A stretch of DNA of 64,000 nt from Escherichia coli (GTDB lineage Bacteria > Pseudomonadota > Gammaproteobacteria > Enterobacterales > Enterobacteriaceae): assembly GCF_013122565.1 (NCBI RefSeq), contig NZ_CP053258.1, one strand, 5' to 3'. Numbering within the stretch: the first letter of the stretch is position 1; each line of letters begins with the position of its first letter. This document shows, in pieces, positions 37,189 to 48,791 of the stretch. Position numbers and translations under genes: made by a program. Below the pieces are notes generated by a model. The model had not been told where the DNA came from. It ran no database searches and saw nothing but the letters and a program-made list of their open reading frames with translations.

Positions 37189-37593
37189 ATGGATCAGGTC
37201 GTTGTTTTTCAAAAGATGTTTGAGCAAGTGAGAAAAGACCAAAACTTTTCCTGGTTTTATTCAGAATTAAAACATCACCGTATTGCACATTACATTTATT
37301 ATCTGGCTACGGATAACATCAGAATTATTACTCACGATGACACGGTTTTGTTATTAAGAGGAACCAGGAACCTGTTAAAAGTTAGTACGACCAAGAATCC
37401 TGCCAAAATAAAAGAGGCCGCATTGCTTCATATTTGCGGAAAATCTACATTTCGGGAATACTGTTCAACACTGGCAGGCGCGGGCGTTTTCCGGTGGGTT
37501 ACTGATGTTAATCATAACAAACGCAGTTACTACGCCATTGATAATACGCTTTTATATATTGAAGATGTAGAAAATAATAAACCATTAATCTAG
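37189..37593 (+). CDS. ycgX: uncharacterized protein YcgX
   Basis: 134-aa ORF; synteny between bluR and iraM. Confidence 0.8.
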   Translation: MDQVVVFQKMFEQVRKDQNFSWFYSELKHHRIAHYIYYLATDNIRIITHDDTVLLLRGTRNLLKVSTTKNPAKIKEAALLHICGKSTFREYCSTLAGAGVFRWVTDVNHNKRSYYAIDNTLLYIEDVENNKPLI

Positions 37594-37796
37594 CTAAAGT
37601 TGGAAGCTTAAGAAATGCTTCATAATTCAGTAAGGCATTAGCATAATGGAACTAAAAGTGCAGAGACTATTCCTATAGATCTTATACTGCCTTTTTATTG
37701 CCATCCATAGATGTTCAGTAGACCAATACTATAAAATTGATATTGAAATGTGCTCCCTTGCTTATTGATACATTATTTTATACGGTTAGTTTTCCT

Positions 37797-37832
37797 CTAA
37801 AAACAACGGGCGTGCTATACGCCTGTTTCAAG
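37797..37832. repeat. terminator-like hairpin, imperfect copy of the icd terminator at 39091..39119
   Basis: AAAAACAACGGGCGTGCTATACGCCTGTTTCAA vs AAAAAAACGGGCGTGTTATACGCCCGTTTCAA ~1.3 kb away. Confidence 0.6.
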
Positions 37833-37969
37833 GCTTAACTCATATGAATTTTTCTTTATTTTTCATCACGTTATAATTTTTAACCAGCAACGAATTATCC
37901 TTCACTATAAAGTTCAATAGTTGAGACCTTATCCTCATGTCATGCGTATATTCATCATAATGATCCTTA

Positions 37970-37998
37970 GACAAAAAAAGCCAACCATGATGGTTGGC
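37970..37998 (-). terminator. orphan rho-independent terminator on minus strand
   Basis: GCCAACCA-TGA-TGGTTGGC hairpin, followed on the minus strand by TTTTTTT; no annotated minus-strand gene ends here. Confidence 0.5.
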
Positions 37999-38220
37999 AA
38001 AGTGGCACAAAGTAGCATAAAGGCTATGCTTTAATTACAGGAGGTTCAGACATTTGAATGTATATCGTTTTATCTAAACAGAACTAAAACGAAGTGAATG
38101 ATTTCATTTTTTCACTAAATCTCATTTTGTTTAATCTCTGTTGAGATTCCTTGTTTTAAATTTTGCTTTATATAAACAATAGCTTTATTTTTTAAATTGA
38201 TTTTTAGGTAATATAGAAAA

Positions 38221-38475
38221 ATGCAAAATCAAGGAATGAATATCCAAAGCAAACTATACGCATATTTAAATAAATATGACACTCGTCTTACAGAAGAAAA
38301 AATTGCGATTGAGAAAGCCATTAGAGAGTTACATTTTAGCAGCGAGCATGTTGATAACAAGAAAATAATACTGAAGTTACTATCATTTTTATCATATACA
38401 GATGATGTTGTCGAAAAAGACATTATCAGAAATGCATTGGAAGTGGTTCTTCTTTTTACTTCCGATGATATTTAA
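38221..38475 (+). CDS. AriR/YmgB-family small protein (paralogue of ariR)
   Basis: 84-aa ORF; C-terminal NKKIILKLLSFLSYTDDVVEKDIIRNALEVVLLFTSDD aligns with Ari[39 protein letters not shown]; weak RBS. Confidence 0.65.
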   Translation: MQNQGMNIQSKLYAYLNKYDTRLTEEKIAIEKAIRELHFSSEHVDNKKIILKLLSFLSYTDDVVEKDIIRNALEVVLLFTSDDI

Positions 38476-38717
38476 TTGAATTCATTAATTTTATTATCAT
38501 AATTATTTTCCGGACACTACATTTTTTACTTATGTTTAATAATAACCACTGCGAATGAGGGACGCACAGGTATATTTTTCTCACACCTGTGATGTAAAAA
38601 CACGATAAAATCCAAATAAAGAATAAAATTTGCGACCCCACCAGATGGATTGCATCACACATTATTATTCAAAATATTTATCAACATCATTAATAGCCGA
38701 AGGATAAGACATAACAA

Positions 38718-39041
38718 ATGAAGTGGATAGTAATTGACACGGTAATTCAACCTACATGCGGTATATCTTTTTCAGCCATATGGGGTGATATGAAAATGAT
38801 CGTCTGGTATCAATCTACTATATTTCTCCCTCCTGGCAGTATATTTAAACCGGTTAAATCTGGTATTATCTTTAAGGATAAAGAATACCCTATTACTATT
38901 TATAACATCGCACCATTCAACAAGGATTTATGGAGTTTACTCAAAAGCAGTCAAGAGTGTCCTCCAGGAGAAAGCAAAATAACAAATAAATGTTTTCATA
39001 ATAGTTGCATTATAAAAATATGCCCATATGGGCTCAAGTAA
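38718..39041 (+). CDS. iraM: anti-adaptor protein IraM (RpoS stabiliser)
   Basis: 107-aa [15 protein letters not shown]...ICPYGLK; matches my recollection of K-12 IraM; position adjacent to icd 3' end. Confidence 0.8.
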   Translation: MKWIVIDTVIQPTCGISFSAIWGDMKMIVWYQSTIFLPPGSIFKPVKSGIIFKDKEYPITIYNIAPFNKDLWSLLKSSQECPPGESKITNKCFHNSCIIKICPYGLK

Positions 39042-39090
39042 AGGGTTTCATATAAATATGCTCGATATGCTATTAATAATACCTACATAA

Positions 39091-39119
39091 ATAAAAAAAC
39101 GGGCGTGTTATACGCCCGT
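39091..39119 (-). terminator. rho-independent terminator of icd
   Basis: ACGGGCG-TGTTATA-CGCCCGT hairpin followed on minus strand by TTTTTTTAT, 25 bp downstream of icd stop. Confidence 0.8.
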
Positions 39120-39143
39120 TTCAATATTTAAAACATGGAGAGA

Positions 39144-40394
39144 TTACATGTTTTCGATGATCGCGTCACCAAACTCTGAACATTTGAGCAGCTTAGCGCC
39201 TTCCATCAGACGTTCGAAGTCATAAGTTACGGTCTTCGCGTTGATTGCGCCTTCCATACCTTTAACAATCAGGTCTGCGGCTTCAGTCCAGCCCATATGG
39301 CGTAACATCATCTCTGCGGAGAGAATAATAGAGCCTGGGTTAACTTTGTCCTGACCGGCATATTTCGGCGCAGTACCGTGGGTGGCTTCAAACAGGGCGC
39401 ATTCGTCACCGATGTTTGCGCCAGGGGCGATACCAATACCACCAACCTGCGCTGCCAGGGCGTCAGAAATGTAGTCACCGTTCAGGTTCATACAGGCGAT
39501 AACGTCGTATTCAGCCGGACGTAGCAGGATCTGTTGCAGGAACGCATCAGCGATCACGTCTTTAATGACGATCTCTTTGCCGGTGTTCGGGTTTTTAACT
39601 TTCAGCCACGGGCCGCCGTCGATCAGTTCACCGCCAAACTCTTCACGCGCCAGCTGGTAGCCCCAGTCTTTAAACGCGCCTTCGGTGAACTTCATGATGT
39701 TACCTTTGTGCACCAGGGTCACAGAGTCACGATCGTTAGCAATTGCGTATTCGATCGCTGCACGAACCAGACGTTTGGTGCCTTCTTCCGAACACGGCTT
39801 AATACCGATACCGCAATGTTCCGGGAAACGAATTTTCTTCACGCCCATCTCTTCACGCAGGAATTTAATCACTTTCTCGGCGTCGGCAGAGTCAGCTTTC
39901 CATTCGATACCCGCATAAATGTCTTCCGAGTTTTCACGGAAGATAACCATATCGGTCAGTTCAGGGTGTTTAACCGGGCTTGGAGTGCCCTGATAGTAAC
40001 GTACCGGACGCAGGCAGATGTAGAGATCCAGTTCCTGACGCAGGGCAACGTTCAGAGAGCGAATACCGCCACCTACTGGAGTGGTCAGCGGGCCTTTAAT
40101 GGCAACGCGATATTCACGAATCAGATCAAGGGTTTCAGCAGGCAGCCAGACATCCTGACCATAAACCTGTGTGGATTTTTCACCGGTGTAAATTTCCATC
40201 CAGGAGATTTTACGCTCGCCTTTATAGGCTTTCTCGACTGCAGCGTCGACCACTTTCAGCATGGCTGGGGTTACATCTACACCGATTCCATCACCTTCAA
40301 TGTAAGGGATAATCGGATTTTCAGGAACGTTGAGTTTGCCGTTTTGCAGGGTGATCTTCTTGCCTTGTGCCGGAACAACTACTTTACTTTCCAT
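39144..40394 (-). CDS. icd: NADP-dependent isocitrate dehydrogenase
   Basis: 416-aa ORF matching K-12 Icd; intact 3' end with no prophage junction. Confidence 0.97.
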   Translation of the reverse strand: MESKVVVPAQGKKITLQNGKLNVPENPIIPYIEGDGIGVDVTPAMLKVVDAAVEKAYKGERKISWMEIYTGEKSTQVYGQDVWLPAETLDLIREYRVAIKGPLTTPVGGGIRSLNVALRQELDLYICLRPVRYYQGTPSPVKHPELTDMVIFRENSEDIYAGIEWKADSADAEKVIKFLREEMGVKKIRFPEHCGIGIKPCSEEGTKRLVRAAIEYAIANDRDSVTLVHKGNIMKFTEGAFKDWGYQLAREEFGGELIDGGPWLKVKNPNTGKEIVIKDVIADAFLQQILLRPAEYDVIACMNLNGDYISDALAAQVGGIGIAPGANIGDECALFEATHGTAPKYAGQDKVNPGSIILSAEMMLRHMGWTEAADLIVKGMEGAINAKTVTYDFERLMEGAKLLKCSEFGDAIIENM

Positions 40395-40854
40395 TCACCT
40401 CTCCTTCGAGCGCTACTGGTTTGCTCGTCTGCCACCACGTTGCATATGCGTTTGCGTCCTGCGATACGGATGCTTTAGAGCAATTTTTTGTTAATGATTT
40501 GTAATTGGCTTGTCAATACTACCCTATTGTTTGCCGTCATGAAAGATGCGCGTTATTAGGCTATAATGCGGCAATTCATAATCTCTGAAAATACCATGCA
40601 AAAAACTTCTTTTAGACCAAAGACAGTATTTTCCCGACCTTCAAATAAAGTATTAAATATCAATTATTTACACCAGACTTTAAGCAATAAAAAAACCACC
40701 AGAGATAACTAACAGGGTGCTATTTGGTCAAAATTTGACATTACTCGATTCAGCGACTAACTCACTTTGAGCACTATTGGGAAAATTATCAAAAGTCATG
40801 GTTGAAGCGACAAGCAACGAGTAAATTATGGCATCCACCCTTTTTGAGGTTCAC

Positions 40855-40947
40855 ATGAAACGCTTTGCACTGATAGCTGTGACACTCATTGCCTTTACTG
40901 GTTCTAGTTCTGCATCTGCTGCAACCGAAGAAATCAACTTCAAGTAA
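40855..40947 (+). CDS. 30-aa mini-ORF with signal-peptide-like sequence
   Basis: ATG 40855 with GAGG SD at 5-nt spacing; MKRFALIAVTLIAFTGSSSASA-ATEEINFK; same frame as downstream 149-aa ORF, separated by two stops. Confidence 0.35.
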   Translation: MKRFALIAVTLIAFTGSSSASAATEEINFK

Positions 40948-40980
40948 CAGAAACACTATATAACAATGGAGTGTTGAAAA

Positions 40981-41430
40981 ATGGATACTACCGAAGAACG
41001 CAATGGAACATATTTCTACAGAGGACACCCGAACCTGTCCAAAATAGAACTACTCAACGTCATATTCCTTGAAGAATTCTGTAAGGAATTGGGGATTGAT
41101 TCGGTATCAGGTGCAGCAATCTTATCTGGTCAACCTTGGCTGGGTACAAGAGCGAAGCCGGAAGGGGCAACCCTGGGAACAAGTGTTGTCTCAAAGTATG
41201 CGCGTATACTGATGAGAGATGCACGCATGCCTTTTGGTATTTCTGTTCATACAACAGTGGGTGTAAGGATGCAGAAATCTAATAAGCTTGCTGCAATTAT
41301 CGCTCGTTGGGTCCCGTGGATTGGTTGGGCTTCACTGTCGATGAGTCTTTACAGGATTTCGACTCGTACCCAGGAAAAATACAATCTGATTGCCAAACCT
41401 CAAGACCGTATTAAGTGGACTTCCTTCTAA
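40981..41430 (+). CDS. hypothetical basic protein (149 aa), first gene of an islet gene pair
   Basis: ORF from track; net positive charge; AGA/AGG codons rare in backbone; stop overlaps start of next ORF (TAATG). Confidence 0.6.
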   Translation: MDTTEERNGTYFYRGHPNLSKIELLNVIFLEEFCKELGIDSVSGAAILSGQPWLGTRAKPEGATLGTSVVSKYARILMRDARMPFGISVHTTVGVRMQKSNKLAAIIARWVPWIGWASLSMSLYRISTRTQEKYNLIAKPQDRIKWTSF

Positions 41431-41765
41431 TGGCGACAACAATCACAGACGAAGTTTTAGCACTGTTCCGTGATGAGATTCCAGGTTATCAGGATGATCA
41501 CGGGAAGGAAATTCCGTTAGAACTGGACTCTGATTTGTTCGACTATCCACGAGATGATTTAGAGGACGCTATACGGAAATACAAAGAGAGGTTTGGGATT
41601 AACCTGGATAATCTGGAATGGTCTTTGTACCTTCCGTGGGAGTCTGCACCATTGCTTCAACGATGGTTCAAGCTCAAGCGGGAAGAGGTAGAAACAACAC
41701 GTTTACCGTTAACTGTACGGATGTTTGCAGAATCAGCAGAAGCGGGAAAATGGCTGTATCAGTAG
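41430..41765 (+). CDS. hypothetical acidic protein (111 aa), second gene of an islet gene pair
   Basis: ATG 41430 overlaps upstream stop (TAATG coupling); strongly acidic (MATTITDEVLALFRDEIPGYQDDHGKEIPLELDSDLFDYPRDDLEDA); track ORF begins at in-frame ATG 41415. Confidence 0.6.
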   Translation: MATTITDEVLALFRDEIPGYQDDHGKEIPLELDSDLFDYPRDDLEDAIRKYKERFGINLDNLEWSLYLPWESAPLLQRWFKLKREEVETTRLPLTVRMFAESAEAGKWLYQ

Positions 41766-41773
41766 AATAAAAA

Positions 41774-41800
41774 AGAAGGCTGCGATGCCCTTCTTATTAC
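41774..41800 (+). terminator. weak terminator-like hairpin after the islet gene pair
   Basis: AGAAGG-CTGCGATGC-CCTTCT hairpin 9 bp after stop, followed by TATTACT (poor T-run). Confidence 0.35.
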
Positions 41801-42096
41801 TGCTGATGATGGTAGTGGTAAAGCATCATCCTGAACTTAAACAGTGAAGTGCTGTCACCCATCAGTAATACAGAAACACTATTTTCATACCAGTATTTAT
41901 TCAATTCATCAATGTAAAATGTGTTCATTGGGCCATATTTATCACCATGCAGCCACACAACCGCTGCTCACTAACCCAGGTATTGATGAAACCGCGCTGA
42001 AGAGCCTGAACCCTGAACCTCTAACGAGTACCTTCAAAGTCCAATGCAATCCGACACTGTGCTAACCTCTGCGTATAGCTCTATTTGGAATTTACC

Positions 42097-42735
42097 ATGA
42101 AATACTTTAGCGATTCTAAATCTTCTTTTAGAAAAAAACAGGTTAGTCGACTAAACTCGCAACACACCACTAAGCGTAAACCTGAAAACCAGCCCACGCG
42201 TGTGATCCTGTTCAATAAACCCTACGATGTTCTTCCGCAGTTTACCGATGAAGCCGGGCGCAAAACATTAAAAGAATTCATCCCGGTTCAGGGCGTTTAT
42301 GCAGCAGGTCGTCTTGACCGCGATAGCGAAGGGTTACTGGTGCTGACCAATAACGGCGCGTTGCAGGCGCGTTTAACCCAGCCGGGCAAACGCACCGGAA
42401 AAATCTATTATGTGCAGGTGGAAGGTATTCCCACACAAGACGCACTTGAAGCCTTGCGCAATGGCGTAACCTTAAATGATGGCCCTACCCTGCCCGCAGG
42501 CGCGGAGCTGGTTGAAGAACCCGCGTGGTTATGGCCGCGGAATCCACCAATTCGTGAACGCAAAAGTATTCCCACCAGCTGGCTGAAGATCACCTTATAT
42601 GAAGGACGTAATCGCCAGGTGCGCCGCATGACCGCCCATGTTGGTTTCCCCACGCTGCGACTAATTCGCTATGCGATGGGTGATTACTCTTTGGATAATC
42701 TTGCCAATGGCGAATGGCGAGAAGTGACAGATTAA
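42097..42735 (+). CDS. rluE: 23S rRNA pseudouridine synthase RluE
   Basis: Body matches K-12 RluE ([22 protein letters not shown]...GEWREVTD); start uncertain (ATG 42097 or TTG 42085) and N-terminus may differ from K-12. Confidence 0.85.
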   Translation: MKYFSDSKSSFRKKQVSRLNSQHTTKRKPENQPTRVILFNKPYDVLPQFTDEAGRKTLKEFIPVQGVYAAGRLDRDSEGLLVLTNNGALQARLTQPGKRTGKIYYVQVEGIPTQDALEALRNGVTLNDGPTLPAGAELVEEPAWLWPRNPPIRERKSIPTSWLKITLYEGRNRQVRRMTAHVGFPTLRLIRYAMGDYSLDNLANGEWREVTD

Positions 42736-42744
42736 GGATACAAA

Positions 42745-44366
<1,622 letters not shown>

Positions 44367-44401
44367 TTATTATCTTTACTTAAAACAAGGAAGCAGTGAA
44401 C

Positions 44402-45043
44402 GTGGCAAAGAATTACTATGACATCACCCTCGCCCTGGCCGGTATTTGTCAGTCGGCACGCCTGGTGCAACAACTCGCTCACCAGGGGCATTGTGATGCC
44501 GATGCGCTACACGTCTCACTCAACAGTATTATTGATATGAACCCCAGCTCGACGCTGGCGGTTTTTGGCGGTAGCGAAGCCAACCTGCGCGTCGGGTTGG
44601 AAACCTTGCTCGGCGTGCTCAATGCCAGCAGTCGCCAGGGCTTAAACGCCGAATTTACCCGCTACACACTCAGCCTGATGGTGCTTGAGCGCAAACTCTC
44701 CTCAGCGAAAGGTGCGCTCGACACTCTGGGCAACCGGATCAACGGCCTGCAACGCCAGCTCGAACACTTCGATTTACAGTCCGAAACGCTGATGAGCGCG
44801 ATGGCTGCTATCTATGTTGATGTGATCAGCCCGCTTGGCCCGCGCATTCAGGTCACCGGTTCCCCTGCTGTACTGCAAAGCCCACAAGTGCAGGCGAAAG
44901 TTCGCGCAACCCTGCTGGCAGGCATTCGCGCCGCCGTGCTCTGGCACCAGGTCGGCGGCGGTCGTCTGCAACTGATGTTTTCTCGTAATCGCCTGACCAC
45001 TCAGGCAAAACAAATTCTTGCTCATTTAACCCCGGAGTTGTGA
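44402..45043 (+). CDS. hflD: lysogenization regulator HflD
   Basis: 213 codons from GTG at 44402 ([21 protein letters not shown]) with AAGGAAG RBS. Confidence 0.92.
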   Translation: MAKNYYDITLALAGICQSARLVQQLAHQGHCDADALHVSLNSIIDMNPSSTLAVFGGSEANLRVGLETLLGVLNASSRQGLNAEFTRYTLSLMVLERKLSSAKGALDTLGNRINGLQRQLEHFDLQSETLMSAMAAIYVDVISPLGPRIQVTGSPAVLQSPQVQAKVRATLLAGIRAAVLWHQVGGGRLQLMFSRNRLTTQAKQILAHLTPEL

Positions 45044-46417
<1,374 letters not shown>

Positions 46418-46508
46418 GCCTCGTATCAGTGCCGGATGGGGATGCTGTCCGGCCTGCTTATTAAGATTATCCGCTTTTTATTTTTTCACTTTACCTCCCC
46501 TTCCCGCT

Positions 46509-46525
46509 AGTTTATTTAATGTTTA
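46509..46525 (+). promoter_or_regulatory. PhoP box of the phoPQ autoregulated promoter
   Basis: AGTTTA-TTTAA-TGTTTA direct repeat ~60-75 bp upstream of phoP start. Confidence 0.8.
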
Positions 46526-46584
46526 CCCCATAACCACATAATCGCGTTACACTATTTTAATAATTAAGACATGGAGAAATAAAA

Positions 46585-47256
46585 ATGCGCGTACTGGTTG
46601 TTGAAGACAATGCGTTGTTACGTCACCATCTTAAAGTTCAGATTCAGGATGCTGGTCATCAGGTCGATGACGCAGAAGATGCCAAAGAAGCCGATTATTA
46701 TCTCAATGAACATTTACCGGATATTGCGATTGTCGATCTCGGATTGCCTGACGAAGACGGTCTGTCACTGATTCGCCGCTGGCGTAGCAATGATGTTTCA
46801 CTGCCGATTCTGGTATTAACCGCCCGTGAAAGCTGGCAGGACAAAGTCGAAGTATTAAGTGCCGGTGCTGATGATTACGTGACTAAACCGTTTCATATTG
46901 AAGAGGTGATGGCGCGAATGCAGGCATTAATGCGGCGTAATAGCGGTCTGGCTTCACAGGTCATTTCGCTACCCCCATTTCAGGTTGATCTCTCTCGCCG
47001 TGAATTATCTATTAATGACGAAGTGATCAAACTGACCGCGTTCGAATACACCATTATGGAAACGTTGATACGCAATAATGGCAAAGTGGTCAGCAAAGAT
47101 TCGTTAATGCTACAACTCTATCCGGATGCGGAGCTGCGGGAAAGCCATACCATTGATGTACTGATGGGACGTCTGCGCAAAAAAATTCAGGCACAATATC
47201 CGCAAGAAGTGATTACCACCGTTCGCGGCCAGGGCTACCTGTTCGAATTGCGCTGA
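46585..47256 (+). CDS. phoP: Mg2+-responsive response regulator PhoP
   Basis: 223-aa ORF matching K-12 PhoP; TGATG overlap with phoQ. Confidence 0.97.
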   Translation: MRVLVVEDNALLRHHLKVQIQDAGHQVDDAEDAKEADYYLNEHLPDIAIVDLGLPDEDGLSLIRRWRSNDVSLPILVLTARESWQDKVEVLSAGADDYVTKPFHIEEVMARMQALMRRNSGLASQVISLPPFQVDLSRRELSINDEVIKLTAFEYTIMETLIRNNGKVVSKDSLMLQLYPDAELRESHTIDVLMGRLRKKIQAQYPQEVITTVRGQGYLFELR

Positions 47257-48716
47257 TGAAAAAATTACTGCGTCTTTTTTTCCCGCTCTCGCTGCGGGTA
47301 CGTTTTCTGTTGGCAACTGCAGCGGTAGTACTGGTGCTTTCGCTTGCCTACGGAATGGTCGCGCTGATCGGTTATAGCGTCAGTTTCGATAAAACTACGT
47401 TTCGGCTGTTACGTGGCGAGAGCAATCTGTTCTATACCCTTGCGAAGTGGGAAAACAATAAGTTGCATGTCGAGTTACCCGAAAATATCGACAAGCAAAG
47501 CCCCACCATGACGCTAATTTATGATGCGAACGGGCAGCTTTTATGGGCGCAACGTGACGTGCCCTGGCTGATGAAGATGATCCAGCCTGACTGGCTGAAA
47601 TCGAATGGTTTTCATGAAATTGAAGCGGATGTTAACGATACCAGCCTCTTGCTGAGTGGAGATCATTCGATACAGCAACAGTTGCAGGAGGTGCGGGAAG
47701 ATGATGACGACGCGGAGATGACCCACTCGGTGGCGGTAAACGTCTACCCGGCAACATCGCGGATGCCAAAGTTAACCATTGTGGTGGTGGATACCATTCC
47801 GGTGGAGCTAAAAAGTTCCTATATGGTCTGGAGCTGGTTTATCTACGTGCTCTCAGCCAATCTGCTGTTAGTGATCCCGCTGCTGTGGCTCGCCGCGTGG
47901 TGGAGTTTACGTCCCATCGAAGCCCTGGCAAAAGAAGTCCGCGAACTGGAAGAACATAACCGCGAATTGCTCAATCCAGCCACAACGCGAGAACTGACCA
48001 GTCTGGTACGAAACCTGAACCGATTGTTAAAAAGTGAACGCGAACGTTACGACAAATATCGTACGACGCTCACCGACCTGACCCATAGTCTGAAAACGCC
48101 ACTGGCGGTGCTGCAAAGTACGCTGCGTTCTCTGCGTAGTGAAAAGATGAGCGTCAGTGATGCTGAACCGGTAATGCTGGAGCAAATCAGCCGCATTTCA
48201 CAGCAAATTGGCTACTACCTGCATCGTGCCAGTATGCGCGGCGGGACATTGCTCAGCCGCGAGCTGCATCCGGTCGCCCCACTGCTGGACAATCTCACCT
48301 CGGCGCTGAACAAAGTGTATCAACGCAAAGGGGTCAATATCTCTCTCGATATTTCGCCAGAGATCAGCTTTGTCGGTGAGCAGAACGATTTTGTCGAGGT
48401 GATGGGCAACGTGCTGGATAATGCCTGTAAATATTGTCTCGAGTTTGTCGAAATTTCTGCAAGGCAAACCGACGAGCATCTCTATATTGTGGTCGAGGAT
48501 GATGGCCCCGGTATTCCATTAAGCAAGCGAGAGGTCATTTTCGACCGTGGTCAACGGATTGATACTTTACGCCCTGGGCAAGGTGTAGGGCTGGCGGTAG
48601 CCCGCGAAATCACCGAGCAATATGAGGGTAAAATCGTCGCCGGAGAGAGCATGCTGGGCGGTGCGCGGATGGAGGTGATTTTTGGTCGCCAGCATTCTGC
48701 GCCGAAAGATGAATAA
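47256..48716 (+). CDS. phoQ: sensor histidine kinase PhoQ
   Basis: 486-aa ORF matching K-12 PhoQ. Confidence 0.97.
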   Translation: MKKLLRLFFPLSLRVRFLLATAAVVLVLSLAYGMVALIGYSVSFDKTTFRLLRGESNLFYTLAKWENNKLHVELPENIDKQSPTMTLIYDANGQLLWAQRDVPWLMKMIQPDWLKSNGFHEIEADVNDTSLLLSGDHSIQQQLQEVREDDDDAEMTHSVAVNVYPATSRMPKLTIVVVDTIPVELKSSYMVWSWFIYVLSANLLLVIPLLWLAAWWSLRPIEALAKEVRELEEHNRELLNPATTRELTSLVRNLNRLLKSERERYDKYRTTLTDLTHSLKTPLAVLQSTLRSLRSEKMSVSDAEPVMLEQISRISQQIGYYLHRASMRGGTLLSRELHPVAPLLDNLTSALNKVYQRKGVNISLDISPEISFVGEQNDFVEVMGNVLDNACKYCLEFVEISARQTDEHLYIVVEDDGPGIPLSKREVIFDRGQRIDTLRPGQGVGLAVAREITEQYEGKIVAGESMLGGARMEVIFGRQHSAPKDE

Positions 48717-48791
48717 ATATGTCCATACTTCACGCATTACGTTACGCATCCGTTATAATCGGTTGCAGATACCAGCCTGTGGATGCTTAAC

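Noticed and set aside
38560-38717. PhoP box upstream of iraM
   Set aside because: iraM is reported to be PhoP-regulated, but I could not find a convincing (T/G)GTTTA-N5-(T/G)GTTTA repeat in this interval by eye
39534-40478. 314-aa plus-strand ORF overlapping icd
   Set aside because: Antisense shadow ORF inside a highly expressed, well-conserved gene; no independent RBS or homology
40981-41430. ADP-ribosyltransferase assignment for the 149-aa protein (FYRGH ... GTSVV resembling R and STS motifs)
   Set aside because: No properly spaced Q/E-x-E catalytic motif; the match is too loose to claim without a profile search
41844-42065. 73-aa Cys/His-rich ORF just upstream of rluE
   Set aside because: No RBS, sits in the probable rluE promoter region, composition looks like AT-rich intergenic noise
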